This document shows, piece by piece, positions 36,049-47,599 of a stretch of 64,000 nucleotides of DNA; the first letter of the stretch is position 1, and the number at the start of each line of letters is the position of its first letter. Source of the DNA: Rhynchopus sp. YZ270_cl-10 (taxonomy: Eukaryota); assembly GCA_964035575.1 (NCBI GenBank), contig OZ037835.1, positions 868,001 through 932,000 on the forward strand. Reading direction: 5' to 3'. A program made the translations under genes and the position numbers. Under the pieces are notes generated by a model. That model was given only the letters and a program-made list of their open reading frames with translations, was not told the DNA's origin and made no database searches.

Positions 36049-36842
36049 TGTGTGTTTGTGTATTGTTGCTGTGTCTGTTGTGTTGGTTTCTTTTTGTGCA
36101 GAGGTTGTGGGTGATGAGAGACACATGCAACACACCCTCTGAGGGAACGGAATACACGGATACGTCACACACAACCACATGCCACCTCCACGAGTCACTT
36201 GTACAACACCGAAAGCGGCTGACGTATTACTGACACCCCCGAAACCTGCAGGAGAGTTAAAAAGAAAAAGAACGCGGGAGGGGAAACGAAGGGCTCCGGA
36301 TGGATGGTTCATGGTCCTGATGAACGATGAACCTCTGCAGCGCCCGCTTTGGCGGTACACATGCGAGCGTTTGTTTGCGGTTTAAGAGCGGAAGGTAGGT
36401 GGCTGAAGAGGGGCGAGAGGAGGAGGAGGAGGAGGAGGGATGTATTTGGTCAACGCTTTCACTCCTACCAACGTTGCAACGTGTCTACCGTGACTCAGTG
36501 CAAGGAGACGCTTGACCCATGTCGAAGTCGGATGAGGGTTTGCGACCTCTAGTTACAACAGTGCATCAGTCAGCACCTGCACAACGTCTTTGTGATCTTC
36601 CTCCACCGCATACTGCAACGCAGTGTAGTTTTTGACAGTGTCTCGGTGATTCAGTTCCACCTCTGGCAAGCCCACAAGATAGCGCACAATCTCGGTGTGT
36701 CCAGAACACGACGCAAGGATAAGACACGCGGACCCTTCATTGTCTGTGGCACGCACTCCCGCACCTGCTCTGACCAACATCTTCACAACGTTAAGTGCTC
36801 CTGCATCGCAAGCAGAGTGCAGAGGCAACCGTCCCCGTTGCT

Positions 36843-38204
36843 CTATGTGTGGATGTCTGCACCTGCATCAATCAGCACCTGCACCACGTCTGTGTGCTTC
36901 ATGAGTGCCGCTATGTGGAATGCAGTGTGGTCGTAAACATCTGATGCTGAGTGATTCACATCCACCTCTGGCAAGCCCACAAGATAGCGCACAGTCTCGG
37001 TATGTCCTTGCCACGCCGTAAGTATAAGACACGTGCACCCTTCATTGTCTGTGGCATGCACTCCCGCACCTGCTTCAACCAACATCTTCACAACGTCAAG
37101 TGCTCCTGAAGCACAGGATTCGTGCAGAGGCGAACGTCCCTCCTCGTTCTGTGTGTGGATGTCTGCACCTGCATCAATCAGCACCCGCACCAAGTCTGTG
37201 TGCTTCCACAACACCGCATCCTGCAATGCAGTGAAGTTGTGTTCAGCATTTCGGCAATTCACATCCACCTCAGGCAAGCACAAAAGATAGCGCACAGTCT
37301 CGGTGTGTCCAAAATACGTCGTATGCGCAAGACAGCCGCATCCTGCCACGTCTGTGACACACACTCCCGCACCTGCTCTGACCAACATCTTCACAACTTC
37401 GAGTGCTCCAGCCAGGCAAGCAAAGTGCAGAGGCGAACGTCCGTCCTTGTTCTTTGTGTCGATGTCTGCACCTGCATCAATCAGCACCTGCACCACGTCT
37501 GTGTGCACCACCGCAGAGTGCAACGCAGTGAAGCCTTCATCGTTTCGATGATTCACTTCCACCTGGAACAAGCCCACAAGATAGCGAACAGTCTCGGTGT
37601 GTCCATTAGCCGCACGGAAAAGACAGGTGTCTCCGTCGTCGTCTGTGGCACGCACTCCGGCACCTGCTCTGACCAACATCTTCACAACGTCAAGTGCTCC
37701 TGCATCGGAAGCATAGTGCAAAGGCAAACGTCCATTTTCGTCTTTCGTATGCAAGTCTGCCCCTGCATCAATCAAGACGCGACACACTGCAGGGTCTGAC
37801 CACATGGTCGGACAGACAGTTGCTGACTGACCTGCGCTGTGCTTGGAATCATGCAGGACAAACGCAACGTTGTTGCAGACTGACTTCCAATGCTGCAAGA
37901 GGACCTCCGTGCACGCAACGTGGTCTGCGTGGACACACTCACTCAGCAGGATCCCAAAGTCCACCTGCGTTGTCTCAACATACGGAAGAAGCAGTGTGAG
38001 GCATTCATCGTGGTTCCCTCTGCATGCCTCGTGCGCAGCATCGAAGGCCACTGTTGTTCTGTCTGGACTCAACTTCTCAAGGACCGCCCGCACGGCCGTC
38101 GTGTCGCCGTTCCTGGCAGCCTCCATCAAGACCTCGTCTGCAGAAAGCTGTCTTCTCTTTCGTGGGTTCTCGTCCTGCGTGCTGTCTGCGTGTCGCTTCG
38201 GCAT
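36843..38204 (-). CDS. Ankyrin-repeat family member 3, truncated by TAG (453 aa); frameshifted relict tail to 36553
   Basis: CAG>TAG at 36843-36845, then a 1 bp deletion. The relict last module is track ORF 36553-36828. Confidence 0.8.
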   Translation of the reverse strand: MPKRHADSTQDENPRKRRQLSADEVLMEAARNGDTTAVRAVLEKLSPDRTTVAFDAAHEACRGNHDECLTLLLPYVETTQVDFGILLSECVHADHVACTEVLLQHWKSVCNNVAFVLHDSKHSAGQSATVCPTMWSDPAVCRVLIDAGADLHTKDENGRLPLHYASDAGALDVVKMLVRAGAGVRATDDDGDTCLFRAANGHTETVRYLVGLFQVEVNHRNDEGFTALHSAVVHTDVVQVLIDAGADIDTKNKDGRSPLHFACLAGALEVVKMLVRAGAGVCVTDVAGCGCLAHTTYFGHTETVRYLLCLPEVDVNCRNAEHNFTALQDAVLWKHTDLVRVLIDAGADIHTQNEEGRSPLHESCASGALDVVKMLVEAGAGVHATDNEGCTCLILTAWQGHTETVRYLVGLPEVDVNHSASDVYDHTAFHIAALMKHTDVVQVLIDAGADIHT

Positions 38205-38409
38205 TGTGTGTTTGTGTATTGTTGCTGTGTCTGTTGTGTTGGTTTCTTTTTGTGCAGAGGTTGTGGGTGATGAGAGAGGACGAAGAACACACATGCAACA
38301 CACCCTCTGAGGGAACGGAATACACAGATACGTCACACACAACCACATGCCACCTCCACGAGTCACTTGTACAACGCCGAAAGCGGCTGACGTATTACTG
38401 ACACCCCCG

Positions 38410-39600
38410 AAACCTGCCCTCAAGCAAGGACGGAAGAGGGGTCGGCAAGCGGCCGAATGGGCAGGGGTGACCGTAGAGGCTGAGCACCCTGTGAACCCGA
38501 AGGTGAAGTGCCAGTGGTGCGGGCACACCTTCAGGGGCTCGGCAAGCCGAAGGATCACTTCAGCAGTGGTGGTAGCGTGAGAAGGTGTGCTGGGCTCAAA
38601 CTAACGTCAGTCAAAACCAAAGAAGAGTACGAGCAGTGGCTTGGAATGCTGAACGAGAAGAAGCAGATCAAGCGAAGACGGCCACCAGTGCAGACAGAAC
38701 TGTGGCAGGGAGACCCTTGGACGCCTTCGCAGTGAAAGTGGTGGTGGGCGCAGGGCCACACTGACAACAGCATTGCGGGATGGGTGTACACAACCGTTGA
38801 ACACAACGAGCTCACAGCACTTCAAGGACATGATCGACACTGTGTGCAAACTCCCCCCACAAGCTGACTACAAGGTCCCGGACAGAAAAAAGCTCACATG
38901 AGTGCTGCTTGACGATGCACACCAAAACATGAGAAGCACAATGCGGTGCACACTGTCGAACCAAAGCCCCGCTGGGATACACGAGAGTCGTCGATGGCTG
39001 GACCTCAAAAAACAATAAACAATTGTCCAATTCTCTTGTATCGACAAAAGAAAGCAGTTCGATAGCAACTGTGTATCGTGAAAACGTCCCAGAAACAAAG
39101 GAATGGGTTGCGACACAAATTGGTGATTTTATTGACAGCTTGAGCGAGGACACCACAGCATTGCCAGCAGTCCCAGAGTCTGCGGATGTGATTGAGGAGA
39201 GTGAAGAATGTGAATACGTCGTCCCCCTTCCAGAAGGAGCTGTGCAACATCAGGAATGCTTTCCTCCACTGTTGCGATCGCCCAATCAAACACTCGTTCG
39301 CACCTAGCGGAGAGGCATCCCACAGTCCTGTGTTCCCTTTGCCTTCCACATATGGCGGGAGGCAAAGGGATTCTTAGAAGACGTGGGCGACTGGGGAAAT
39401 ACTGGGAAAGAGGACATGTGTAGGTTTAAGGAGGAGGCCAACGATTGCTTAAGGGTCTTCACATATCTCTCTGTGTGCCCCACCCACCTCTTTATGATGT
39501 CTGAACGCACAACACTAAGCATCGTGAAGCCTGCAGACACCAGGTTCGGGGGTCTCTTAATGGTGGCGCGCATGATGAACATCGTGATGAGATGTGATCA
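38410..39600 (+). pseudogene. Decayed hAT-superfamily (BED finger / DUF659-type) transposase
   Basis: Fragments across frames: W..V...NPKVKCQWCGHTF (BED-like), YKVPDRKKLT*VLLD, DGWTSKNN, IVKPADTRFGG. Multiple stops and frameshifts. Confidence 0.7.
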
Positions 39601-39859
39601 CTGATCCACAGGCACCATTTTTTCAAAACTCCTTTCCACAATCCACATTAGCGTAATCCCTGACAAAAAAAAGGGGAAGGTATTATCATTGAACACAGCC
39701 AAAAGGATTCTTGGCGCAAAGGGAGAAAGGGGATGAGGGGTGAAGTCGCTACCAAGACAGTAGGGGCATCCTATGAACGTTGCAACGTGTCTACCGTGAC
39801 TCAGTGCAAGGAGACGCTTGACCCATGGTCGAAGTGGGATGAGGGTTTGCGACCTCTAG

Positions 39860-40912
39860 TTACAACAGTGCATCAGTCAGCACCTGCACAACGTCTTTGT
39901 GATCTTCCTCCACCGCATACTGCAACGCAGTGTAGTTGTTTTCAGTGTCTCGGTGATTCAGTTCCACCTCTGGCAAGCCCACAAGATAGCGCACAGTCTC
40001 GATGTGTCCAGAACTTGCCGCAAACATAAGACACGTTTGCCCTTCCTCATTTGTGGCACGCACTCCCGCACCTGCTCTGACCAACATCTTCACAACGTCA
40101 AGTGCTCCTGATTCGCAAGCACAGTGCAGAGGCGAACAGTAATCGTTGTCCTCTGCATCGATGTCTGCACCTGCACCAATCAGCACCTGCACCACGTCTC
40201 TGTGCTTCATAATAGCCGCTAAGTGCAACGCAGTGCTGTCACCACCATCTCGGTGATTCACATCCACCTCTGGCAAGCACACAAGATAGCGCACAGTCTC
40301 GGTGTGTCCAGAATATGCCGCAAGCATAAGACACGTGTATCCTCCCTCCTTTGTGGCGCGCACTCTCGCACCTGCTCTGACCAATATCTTCACAACGTCA
40401 AGTGCTCCTGATTCACAAGCATAGTGCAGAGGTGAGCATCCGTTCTCGCCTTTCGTATGTAAGTCTGCCCCTGCATCAATCAAGACGCGACACACTGCAG
40501 GGTCTGACCACATGGCCGGACAGTGACTCGCTGACTGACCTGCGATGTGCTTGGAATCATGCGGGACAAACGCCGCGTTGTTGCAGACTGACTTCCAATG
40601 CTGCAAGAGGACCTCCGTGCACACAACGTGGTCTGCGTGGACACACTCACTCAGCAGGATCCCAAAGTCCATCTGCGTTGTCTCAACATACGGAAGAAGC
40701 AGTGTGAGGCATTCATCGTGGTTCCCTCTGCATGCCTCGTGCGCAGCATCGAAGGCCACTGCTTTTCTGTCTGGGTTGAACTTCTCAAGGACCGCAAGCA
40801 CGGCAGTCGTGTCGCCGTTCCTGGCAGCCTCCATCAAGACCCCGTCTGCAGAAAGCTGTCTTCTCTTTCGTGGGTTCTCGTCCTGCGTGCTGTCTGCGTG
40901 TCGCTTCGGCAT
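39860..40912 (-). CDS. Ankyrin-repeat family member 4 (350 aa, 2 modules)
   Basis: Intact ORF with family termini. Confidence 0.92.
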   Translation of the reverse strand: MPKRHADSTQDENPRKRRQLSADGVLMEAARNGDTTAVLAVLEKFNPDRKAVAFDAAHEACRGNHDECLTLLLPYVETTQMDFGILLSECVHADHVVCTEVLLQHWKSVCNNAAFVPHDSKHIAGQSASHCPAMWSDPAVCRVLIDAGADLHTKGENGCSPLHYACESGALDVVKILVRAGARVRATKEGGYTCLMLAAYSGHTETVRYLVCLPEVDVNHRDGGDSTALHLAAIMKHRDVVQVLIGAGADIDAEDNDYCSPLHCACESGALDVVKMLVRAGAGVRATNEEGQTCLMFAASSGHIETVRYLVGLPEVELNHRDTENNYTALQYAVEEDHKDVVQVLTDALL

Positions 40913-41457
40913 TGTGTGTTTGTGTATTGAGGCTCTGTTTTGGGCACTGAAGTGCGTTCTGCAGGGTGAAGCAGTTGGAGTCGTCTAGGTACATCAGGTG
41001 GCTGAAGAGGGGCGAGAGGAGGAGGAGGGGTGTATTTGGTCAACACTTTTAAACAAGCACAGGCTGTGCCAAAGAAGCGGATGGACGGCTTGAAGGCAGG
41101 ACGTGACAAGGATATGGAAGGGAGACACGCCGTGACGGCTCATAACCCGTCCCTTCGTGAGATCTTGGGATCCGACGGGACTACCTTCGACAACCTCAGA
41201 AGGGGGCGACGGTAAGACTCATGACGTCCGTCTTTCATGTCCAGACGTATTGCATACTCGTACAAAAAAAGGGGGAGGTATTATCATTGAACACAGCCAA
41301 AAGGATTCTTGGCGCAAAGGGAGAAAGGGGATGAGGGGTGAAGTCGCTACCAAGACAGTAGGGGCATCCTACGAACGTTGCAACGTGTCTACCGTGACTC
41401 AGTGCAAGGAGACGCTTGACCCATGGTCGAAGTCGGATGAGGGTTTGCGACCTCTAG

Positions 41458-42804
41458 TTACAACAGTGCATCAGTCAGCACCTGCACAACGTCTTTGTGA
41501 TTTTTCTCCACCGCATACTCCAACGCAGTGTAGTTCTTGACAGTGTCTCGGTGATTCAGTTCCACCTCTGGCAAGCCCACAAGATAGCGAACAATCTCGG
41601 TACGTCCACACCACGCCGCAAGTATAAGACATGTGCGTCCTCGGTGATTTGTGGCACGCACTCCTGCACCTGCTCTGACTAACATCTTCACAATATCAAG
41701 TAAACCTGAAGCGCAAGCATCGTGCAGAGGCGAACGTCCCTCGTAGTTCTGTGTGTAGATGTCTGCACCTGCATCAATCAGCACCTGCACCACGTCTGTT
41801 TGTTTCCACAACACTGCTTCCTGCAATGCAGTGTTGTGATCAGCATTTCTGTGATTCACATCAACCTCTGGCAAGCACAAAAGATAGCGCACAGTCTCGG
41901 TGTCTTCACAGAACACCGCTTGGGCAAGACACCCTGTATCATTTGTGGCACGCACTCGCGCACCTGCTCTGACCAACATCTTCACAACGTCAAGTTCTCC
42001 TGCACCGCAAGCAGTGTGCAGAGGCGAACGTCCCTTGTAGTTCTGTGTGTCGATGTCTGCACCTGCATCAATCAGCACCTGCACCACGTCTGTGTGCTTC
42101 ATAATAGCCGCTAAGTGCAACGCAGTGTAGTTGTCAATATCTCGGCTATTCAAATCAACCTCTGGCAAGCCCACAAGATAGCGCACAGTCTCTGTGTATC
42201 CATATTGTGACGCAACTTGAAGACACGTCCATCCTGCGTAATAAGTCGCACGCACTCTCGCACCTGCTCTGACCAACATCTTCACAACGTGAAGTGCTCC
42301 TGAAGCGCAAGCAGTGTGGAGAGGCGAACTTCCATAATCATCTTTCGTATGTAAGTCTGCCCCTGCATCAATCAAGACGCGACACACTGCAGGGTCGGAC
42401 CACATGGCCGGACAGAGACTCGCTGACTGACCTGCGCTGTACTTGGAATCATGCGGGACAAACACCGCGTTGTTGCAGACTGACTTCCAATGCTGCAAGA
42501 GGACCTCCGTGCACACAACGTGGTCTGCGTGGACACACTCACTCAGCAGGATCCCAAAGTCCACCTGCGTTGTCTCAACATACGGAAGAAGCAGTGTGAG
42601 GCATTCATCGTGGTTCCCTCTGCATGCCTCGTGCGCAGCATCGAAGGCCACTGCTTTTCTGTCTGGGTTGAACTTGTCAAAGACCGCCCGCACGGCAGTC
42701 GTGTCGCCGTTCCTGGCAGCCTCCATCAAGACCTCGTCTGCAGAAAGCTGTCTTCTCTTTCGTGGGTTCTCGTCCTGCGTGCTGTCTGCGTGTCGCTTCG
42801 GCAT
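41458..42804 (-). CDS. Ankyrin-repeat family member 5 (448 aa)
   Basis: Intact ORF with family termini. Confidence 0.92.
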   Translation of the reverse strand: MPKRHADSTQDENPRKRRQLSADEVLMEAARNGDTTAVRAVFDKFNPDRKAVAFDAAHEACRGNHDECLTLLLPYVETTQVDFGILLSECVHADHVVCTEVLLQHWKSVCNNAVFVPHDSKYSAGQSASLCPAMWSDPAVCRVLIDAGADLHTKDDYGSSPLHTACASGALHVVKMLVRAGARVRATYYAGWTCLQVASQYGYTETVRYLVGLPEVDLNSRDIDNYTALHLAAIMKHTDVVQVLIDAGADIDTQNYKGRSPLHTACGAGELDVVKMLVRAGARVRATNDTGCLAQAVFCEDTETVRYLLCLPEVDVNHRNADHNTALQEAVLWKQTDVVQVLIDAGADIYTQNYEGRSPLHDACASGLLDIVKMLVRAGAGVRATNHRGRTCLILAAWCGRTEIVRYLVGLPEVELNHRDTVKNYTALEYAVEKNHKDVVQVLTDALL

Positions 42805-43349
42805 TGTGTGTTTGTGTATTGAGGCTCTGTTTTGGGCACTGAAGTGCGTTCTGCAGGGTGAAGCAGTTGGAGTCGTCTAGGTACATCAGGTGGCTGAAGA
42901 GGGGCGAGAGGAGGAGGAGGGGTGTATTTGGTCAACACTTTTAAACAAGCACAGGCTGTGCCAAAGAAGCGGATGGACGGCTTGAAGGCAGGACGTGACA
43001 AGGATATGGAAGGGAGACACGCCGTGACGGCTCATAACCCGTCCCTTCGTGAGATCTTGGGATCCGACGGGACTACCTTCGACAACCTCAGAAGGGGGCG
43101 ACGGTAAGACTCATGACGTCCGTCTTTCATGTCCAGACGTATTGCATACTCGTACAAAAAAAGGGGGAGGTATTATCATTGAACACAGCCAAAAGGATTC
43201 TTGGCGCAAAGGGAGAAAGGGGATGAGGGGTGAAGTCGCTACCAAGACAGTAGGGGCATCCTACGAACGTTGCAACGTGTCTACCGTGACTCAGTGCAAG
43301 GAGACGCTTGACCCATGGTCGAAGTCGGATGAGGGTTTGCGACCTCTAG

Positions 43350-44996
43350 TTACAACAGTGCATCAGTCAGCACCTGCACAACGTCTTTGTGATTTTTCTC
43401 CACCGCATACTGCAACGCAGTGTAGTTCTTGACAGTGTCTCGGTGATTCAGTTCCACCTCTGGCAAGCCCACAAGATAGCGAACAATCTCGGTACGTCCA
43501 CACCACGCCGCAAGTATAAGACATGTGCGTCCTCGGTGATTTGTGGCACGCACTCCCGCACCTGCTCTGACCAACATCTTCACAATATCAAGTAAACCTG
43601 AAGCGCAAGCAGTGTGCAGAGGCGAACGTCCATCGTTGTTCTGTGTGTCGATGTCTGCACCTGCATCAATCAGCACCTGCACCATGTCTGTGTGCTTGTT
43701 AATAGCCGCTAAGTGCAACGCAGTGTAGTTATTTTCAGTGTCTTGGTTATTCACATCCACTTCTGGCAAGCCCACAAGATAGCGCACAGTCTCGGTGTGT
43801 CCACACCACGCCGCAAGGCTAAGACATGTGCGTCCTGCATCATTTGTGGCTCGCACTCCCGCACCTGCTCTGACCAACATCTTCACAATGTCAAGTGCTC
43901 CTAAACCGCAAGCATAGTGAAGAGGCGAACTTCCCTCGTAGTTCTGTATGTTGACGTCTGCACCTGCATCAATCAGCACCTGAACCACGTCTGTTTGTTT
44001 CCACAACACTGCTTCCTGCAATGCAGTGTTGTGATCAGCATTTCTGTGGTTCACATCGACCTCTGGCAAGCACACAAGATAGCGCACAGTCTCGGTGTGT
44101 CCACAGAACACCGCTTGGGCAAGACACCCTGTATCATTTGTGGCACACACTCGCGCACCTGCTCTGACCAACATCTTCACAACGTCAAAATCTCCTGCAC
44201 CGCAAGCAGTGTGCAGAGGCGAACATCCGTTGTTGTTCTGTGTGTCGATGTCTGCACCTGCATCAATCAGCACCTGCATCACGCCTGTGTGCTTGTTAAT
44301 AGCCGCTAAGTGCAACGCAGTGTGGTGGTCAGTATCTCCGTGATTCACATCCACTTCTGGCAAGCCCACAAGATAGCGCACAGTCTCTGTGTATCCATAT
44401 TGTGACGCAACTTGAAGACACGTCCATCCTGCGTAATAAGTCGCACGCACTCTCGCACCTGCTCTGACCAACATCTTCACAACGTCAAGTGCTCCTGAAG
44501 CGCAAGCAGTGTGGAGAGGCGAACTTCCATAATCATCTTTCGTATGTAAGTCTGCCCCTGCATCAATCAAGACGCGACACACTGCAGGGTCTGACCACAT
44601 GGCCGGACAGAGACTCGCTGACTGACCTGCGCTGTGCTTGGAATCATGCGGGACAAACGCCGCGTTGTTGCAGACTGACTTCCAATGCTGCAAGAGGACC
44701 TCCGTGCACGCAACGTGGTCTGCGTGGACACACTCACTCAGCAGGATCCCAAAGCCCATCTGCGTTGTCTCAACATACGGAAGAAGCAGTGTGAGGCATT
44801 CATCGTGGTTACCTCTGCATGCCTCGTGCGCAGCATCGAGGGCCAGTTTTGTTCCGTGTGGGTTCAACTTCTCAAGGACCGCCCGCACGGCAGTCGTGTC
44901 GCCGTTCCTGGCAGCCTCCATCAAGACCTCGTCTGCAGAAAGTTGTCGTCTCTTTACCGCCTTCTCTTGTGTGCTGTCTGAGTGTCGCTTCGGCAT
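43350..44996 (-). CDS. Ankyrin-repeat family member 6 (548 aa, 4 modules)
   Basis: MPKRHSDSTQEKAVKRR start at 44996; intact. Confidence 0.92.
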   Translation of the reverse strand: MPKRHSDSTQEKAVKRRQLSADEVLMEAARNGDTTAVRAVLEKLNPHGTKLALDAAHEACRGNHDECLTLLLPYVETTQMGFGILLSECVHADHVACTEVLLQHWKSVCNNAAFVPHDSKHSAGQSASLCPAMWSDPAVCRVLIDAGADLHTKDDYGSSPLHTACASGALDVVKMLVRAGARVRATYYAGWTCLQVASQYGYTETVRYLVGLPEVDVNHGDTDHHTALHLAAINKHTGVMQVLIDAGADIDTQNNNGCSPLHTACGAGDFDVVKMLVRAGARVCATNDTGCLAQAVFCGHTETVRYLVCLPEVDVNHRNADHNTALQEAVLWKQTDVVQVLIDAGADVNIQNYEGSSPLHYACGLGALDIVKMLVRAGAGVRATNDAGRTCLSLAAWCGHTETVRYLVGLPEVDVNNQDTENNYTALHLAAINKHTDMVQVLIDAGADIDTQNNDGRSPLHTACASGLLDIVKMLVRAGAGVRATNHRGRTCLILAAWCGRTEIVRYLVGLPEVELNHRDTVKNYTALQYAVEKNHKDVVQVLTDALL

Positions 44997-46231
44997 TGTG
45001 TGTATCGTTGCTGTGTCTGGGGATGGGAGCATCGTGGTTGGGGGTGGGGTAATTAAAAAATAAAGTACTGTGAAATTTGTACCCCGCTGTTCCGTTTTCG
45101 GTGAAGTGCGCGAAAACTGCTGATGTTCCCTTGTATTGGAGTACAGTCAAGCTTTTGACACGGATAAAAAGAAACCTGTTTTGATAGGGCTGACCTGGCT
45201 GTGTGCACACCACACACTATATTGGCAATGTTGGGATTGGGACAATGGAAGACGTCTTTGTTACAGACCGGTTCCCCAAAGTTTCGGTTCCAATATGAAT
45301 TTTTCCCTTTTATTTTTGATGGAACAATTTTTCTGGTCCATGTTTTTTTCAAAACACGGTATATTCCGGAGTTCCAAAATGGGGGAGTATCAACTCCCCC
45401 TAGCGGAAGTGAAAGGGGGGGAGTCGACTCCCTCTCGCTGGACCTCTTGCGAAGTTGCCCTTTTCCAGAAAGAGTCCACCGTGTGGGTGAAAAAAACCCC
45501 CCTCACCCCCTGCTAGAAAAAAACCTCTGTCAGGGGTTGTGACGACACTGAGGACCTCCTTGGCTCATAGCTGTTGGCGAAGTCTAGCACCACCCTGCTG
45601 AACACTCTAAATCTAAAAGAAACGAGGGGAAAAAAAAAGAGGAAAAGAGGAAAATGCACTTTTTGGTTTTTTAATTCTCAGAAATCGCAGAAGTCCTCGA
45701 AAACCATACACCAAACCACTTAGAGGAACTAAAGAACGTAGCATCGTACCAGAGAGGTTCAAACACTCAAATGATTCTGGACAGAACTTGAACCTGTCTG
45801 TCCCACGTTTTAGGAGGCAGAACTTGGACGAGATGGCACCCCCCTAGTCATACATGTCGTGCGAAAAGCTTCTTCCGCATTCTTCGTTGTTTTGAAAACT
45901 TGGTTGTATTAGTGTAGCCACCCTAGAGTGTGCTCCACTATATAAGCATATTCTTCACATTCCTCTTCGCACATTCTTCACATTCGGAAAATGCGAAGAC
46001 AATGCGAAGAGCTTTATCCCAGAAGTTTTTCCCAACACAAAAAATATACGTTTTGTGCGCACTGTGATGGGGTGGCTCAAACTGCACATAAAACATTGTC
46101 CGACCCAGCATTATTTCAGATCGCTCCAAAAAATTCATATTTGCGATATTTTGCTTTGGAAAGATGTGAAGTGAGCCACAGACTCATTTACGCTTGATAC
46201 ATGTGGTTCCCTCGTTGTAGGTGACCTCTAG

Positions 46232-47599
46232 TTACAACAGTGCATCAGTCAGCACCTGCACAACGTCTTTGTGATCTTCCTTCGCCGCATACTGCAACGC
46301 AGTGTAGCTGGTCATAGTGTTTTGTTGATTCACATCCACCTCTGGCAAGCCCACAAGATAGCGTGCAGTCTCGGTGTGTCCACAATATGCCGCAAGCATA
46401 AGACACGTTCGCCCTTCGTCATCTGTGGCACGCACTCCCGCACCTGCTCTGACCAACATCTTCACAACGTCTAGTACTCCTGATTCGCAAGCACAGTGCA
46501 GAGGTGAAGATCTGTAGTTGTTCTGTATGTTGACGTCTGCACCTGCATCAATCAGCACCTGCACCACGTCTGTGCATTCGTCGCTCATATCCCTAAGTGC
46601 TAAGTGCAACGCAGTGCCGTTGTCAGTGTCTCGGTGATTCAGTTCCACCTCTGACAAGCACACAAGATAGCGCACAGTCTCGGTACGTCCACACCACGCC
46701 GCAACTTGAAGACACGTGTGGCCCTCGTCATCTGTGTCACGTACTCCCGCACCTGCTCTGACCAACATCTTCACAACGTCAAGTACTCCTGAAGCGCAAG
46801 CACAGTGCAGAGGTGAAGATCTGTAGTCGTTCTGTATGTTGACGTCTGCACCTGCATCAATCAGCACCTGCACCACGTCTGTGCATTCTTCGTGCTTCCT
46901 AAGTGCTAAGTGCAACGCAGTGTGGTTGTCAGTTTCTCGGTGATTCACATCAACCTCTGGCAAGCACACAAGATAGCGCACAATCTCGGTGTGTCCAGAA
47001 TATGCCGCAACTTGAAGACACGTTTGCCCTTCGTCATTTGTGGCACGCACTCCCGCACCTGCTCTGACCAACATCTTCACAACCTCAAGTTCTCCTGATT
47101 CACAAGCTTGGTGCAGAGGCGAACGTCCATAATGACCTTTCGTATGTAAGTCTGCCCCTGCATCAATCAAGACGCGACACACTGCAGGGTCTGACCACAT
47201 GGCAGGACAGACACTCGCTGACTGACTTGCGCTGTGCTTGGACTTGTGCGGGACAAACGCCACGTTGTTGCAGACGAACTTCCAATGATGCAAGAGGACC
47301 TCCGTGCACGCAACGTGGTCTGCGTGGACACACTCACTCAGCAGGATCCCAAAGCCCATCTGCGTTGTCTCAACATACGGAAGAAGCAGTGTGAGGCATT
47401 CATCATGGTTCCCTCTGCATGCCTCGTGCGCAGCATCGAAGGCCGCATTCTTTCTGTCTGGGTTCAACTTGTCAAGGACCGCCCGCACGGCAGTCGTGTC
47501 GCCGTTCCTGGCAGCCTCCATCAAGACCTCGTCTGCAGAAAGCTGTCTTCTCTTTCGTGGGTTCTCGTCCTGCGTGCTGTCTGCGTGTCGCTTCGGCAT
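46232..47599 (-). CDS. Ankyrin-repeat family member 7 (455 aa)
   Basis: MPKRH start at 47599; intact. Confidence 0.92.
   Translation of the reverse strand: MPKRHADSTQDENPRKRRQLSADEVLMEAARNGDTTAVRAVLDKLNPDRKNAAFDAAHEACRGNHDECLTLLLPYVETTQMGFGILLSECVHADHVACTEVLLHHWKFVCNNVAFVPHKSKHSASQSASVCPAMWSDPAVCRVLIDAGADLHTKGHYGRSPLHQACESGELEVVKMLVRAGAGVRATNDEGQTCLQVAAYSGHTEIVRYLVCLPEVDVNHRETDNHTALHLALRKHEECTDVVQVLIDAGADVNIQNDYRSSPLHCACASGVLDVVKMLVRAGAGVRDTDDEGHTCLQVAAWCGRTETVRYLVCLSEVELNHRDTDNGTALHLALRDMSDECTDVVQVLIDAGADVNIQNNYRSSPLHCACESGVLDVVKMLVRAGAGVRATDDEGRTCLMLAAYCGHTETARYLVGLPEVDVNQQNTMTSYTALQYAAKEDHKDVVQVLTDALL

Noticed and set aside
36843..36845. TAG reassignment or read-through
   Set aside because: Independent frameshifts follow the TAG in both copies, and TAG terminates other genes here (e.g. 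at 6221 and 11762).
41030..41215. Repeated small plus-strand spacer ORFs (also 42922, 48151, 52724)
   Set aside because: Their conservation is explained by recent spacer duplication. Starts differ and no domain is recognisable.
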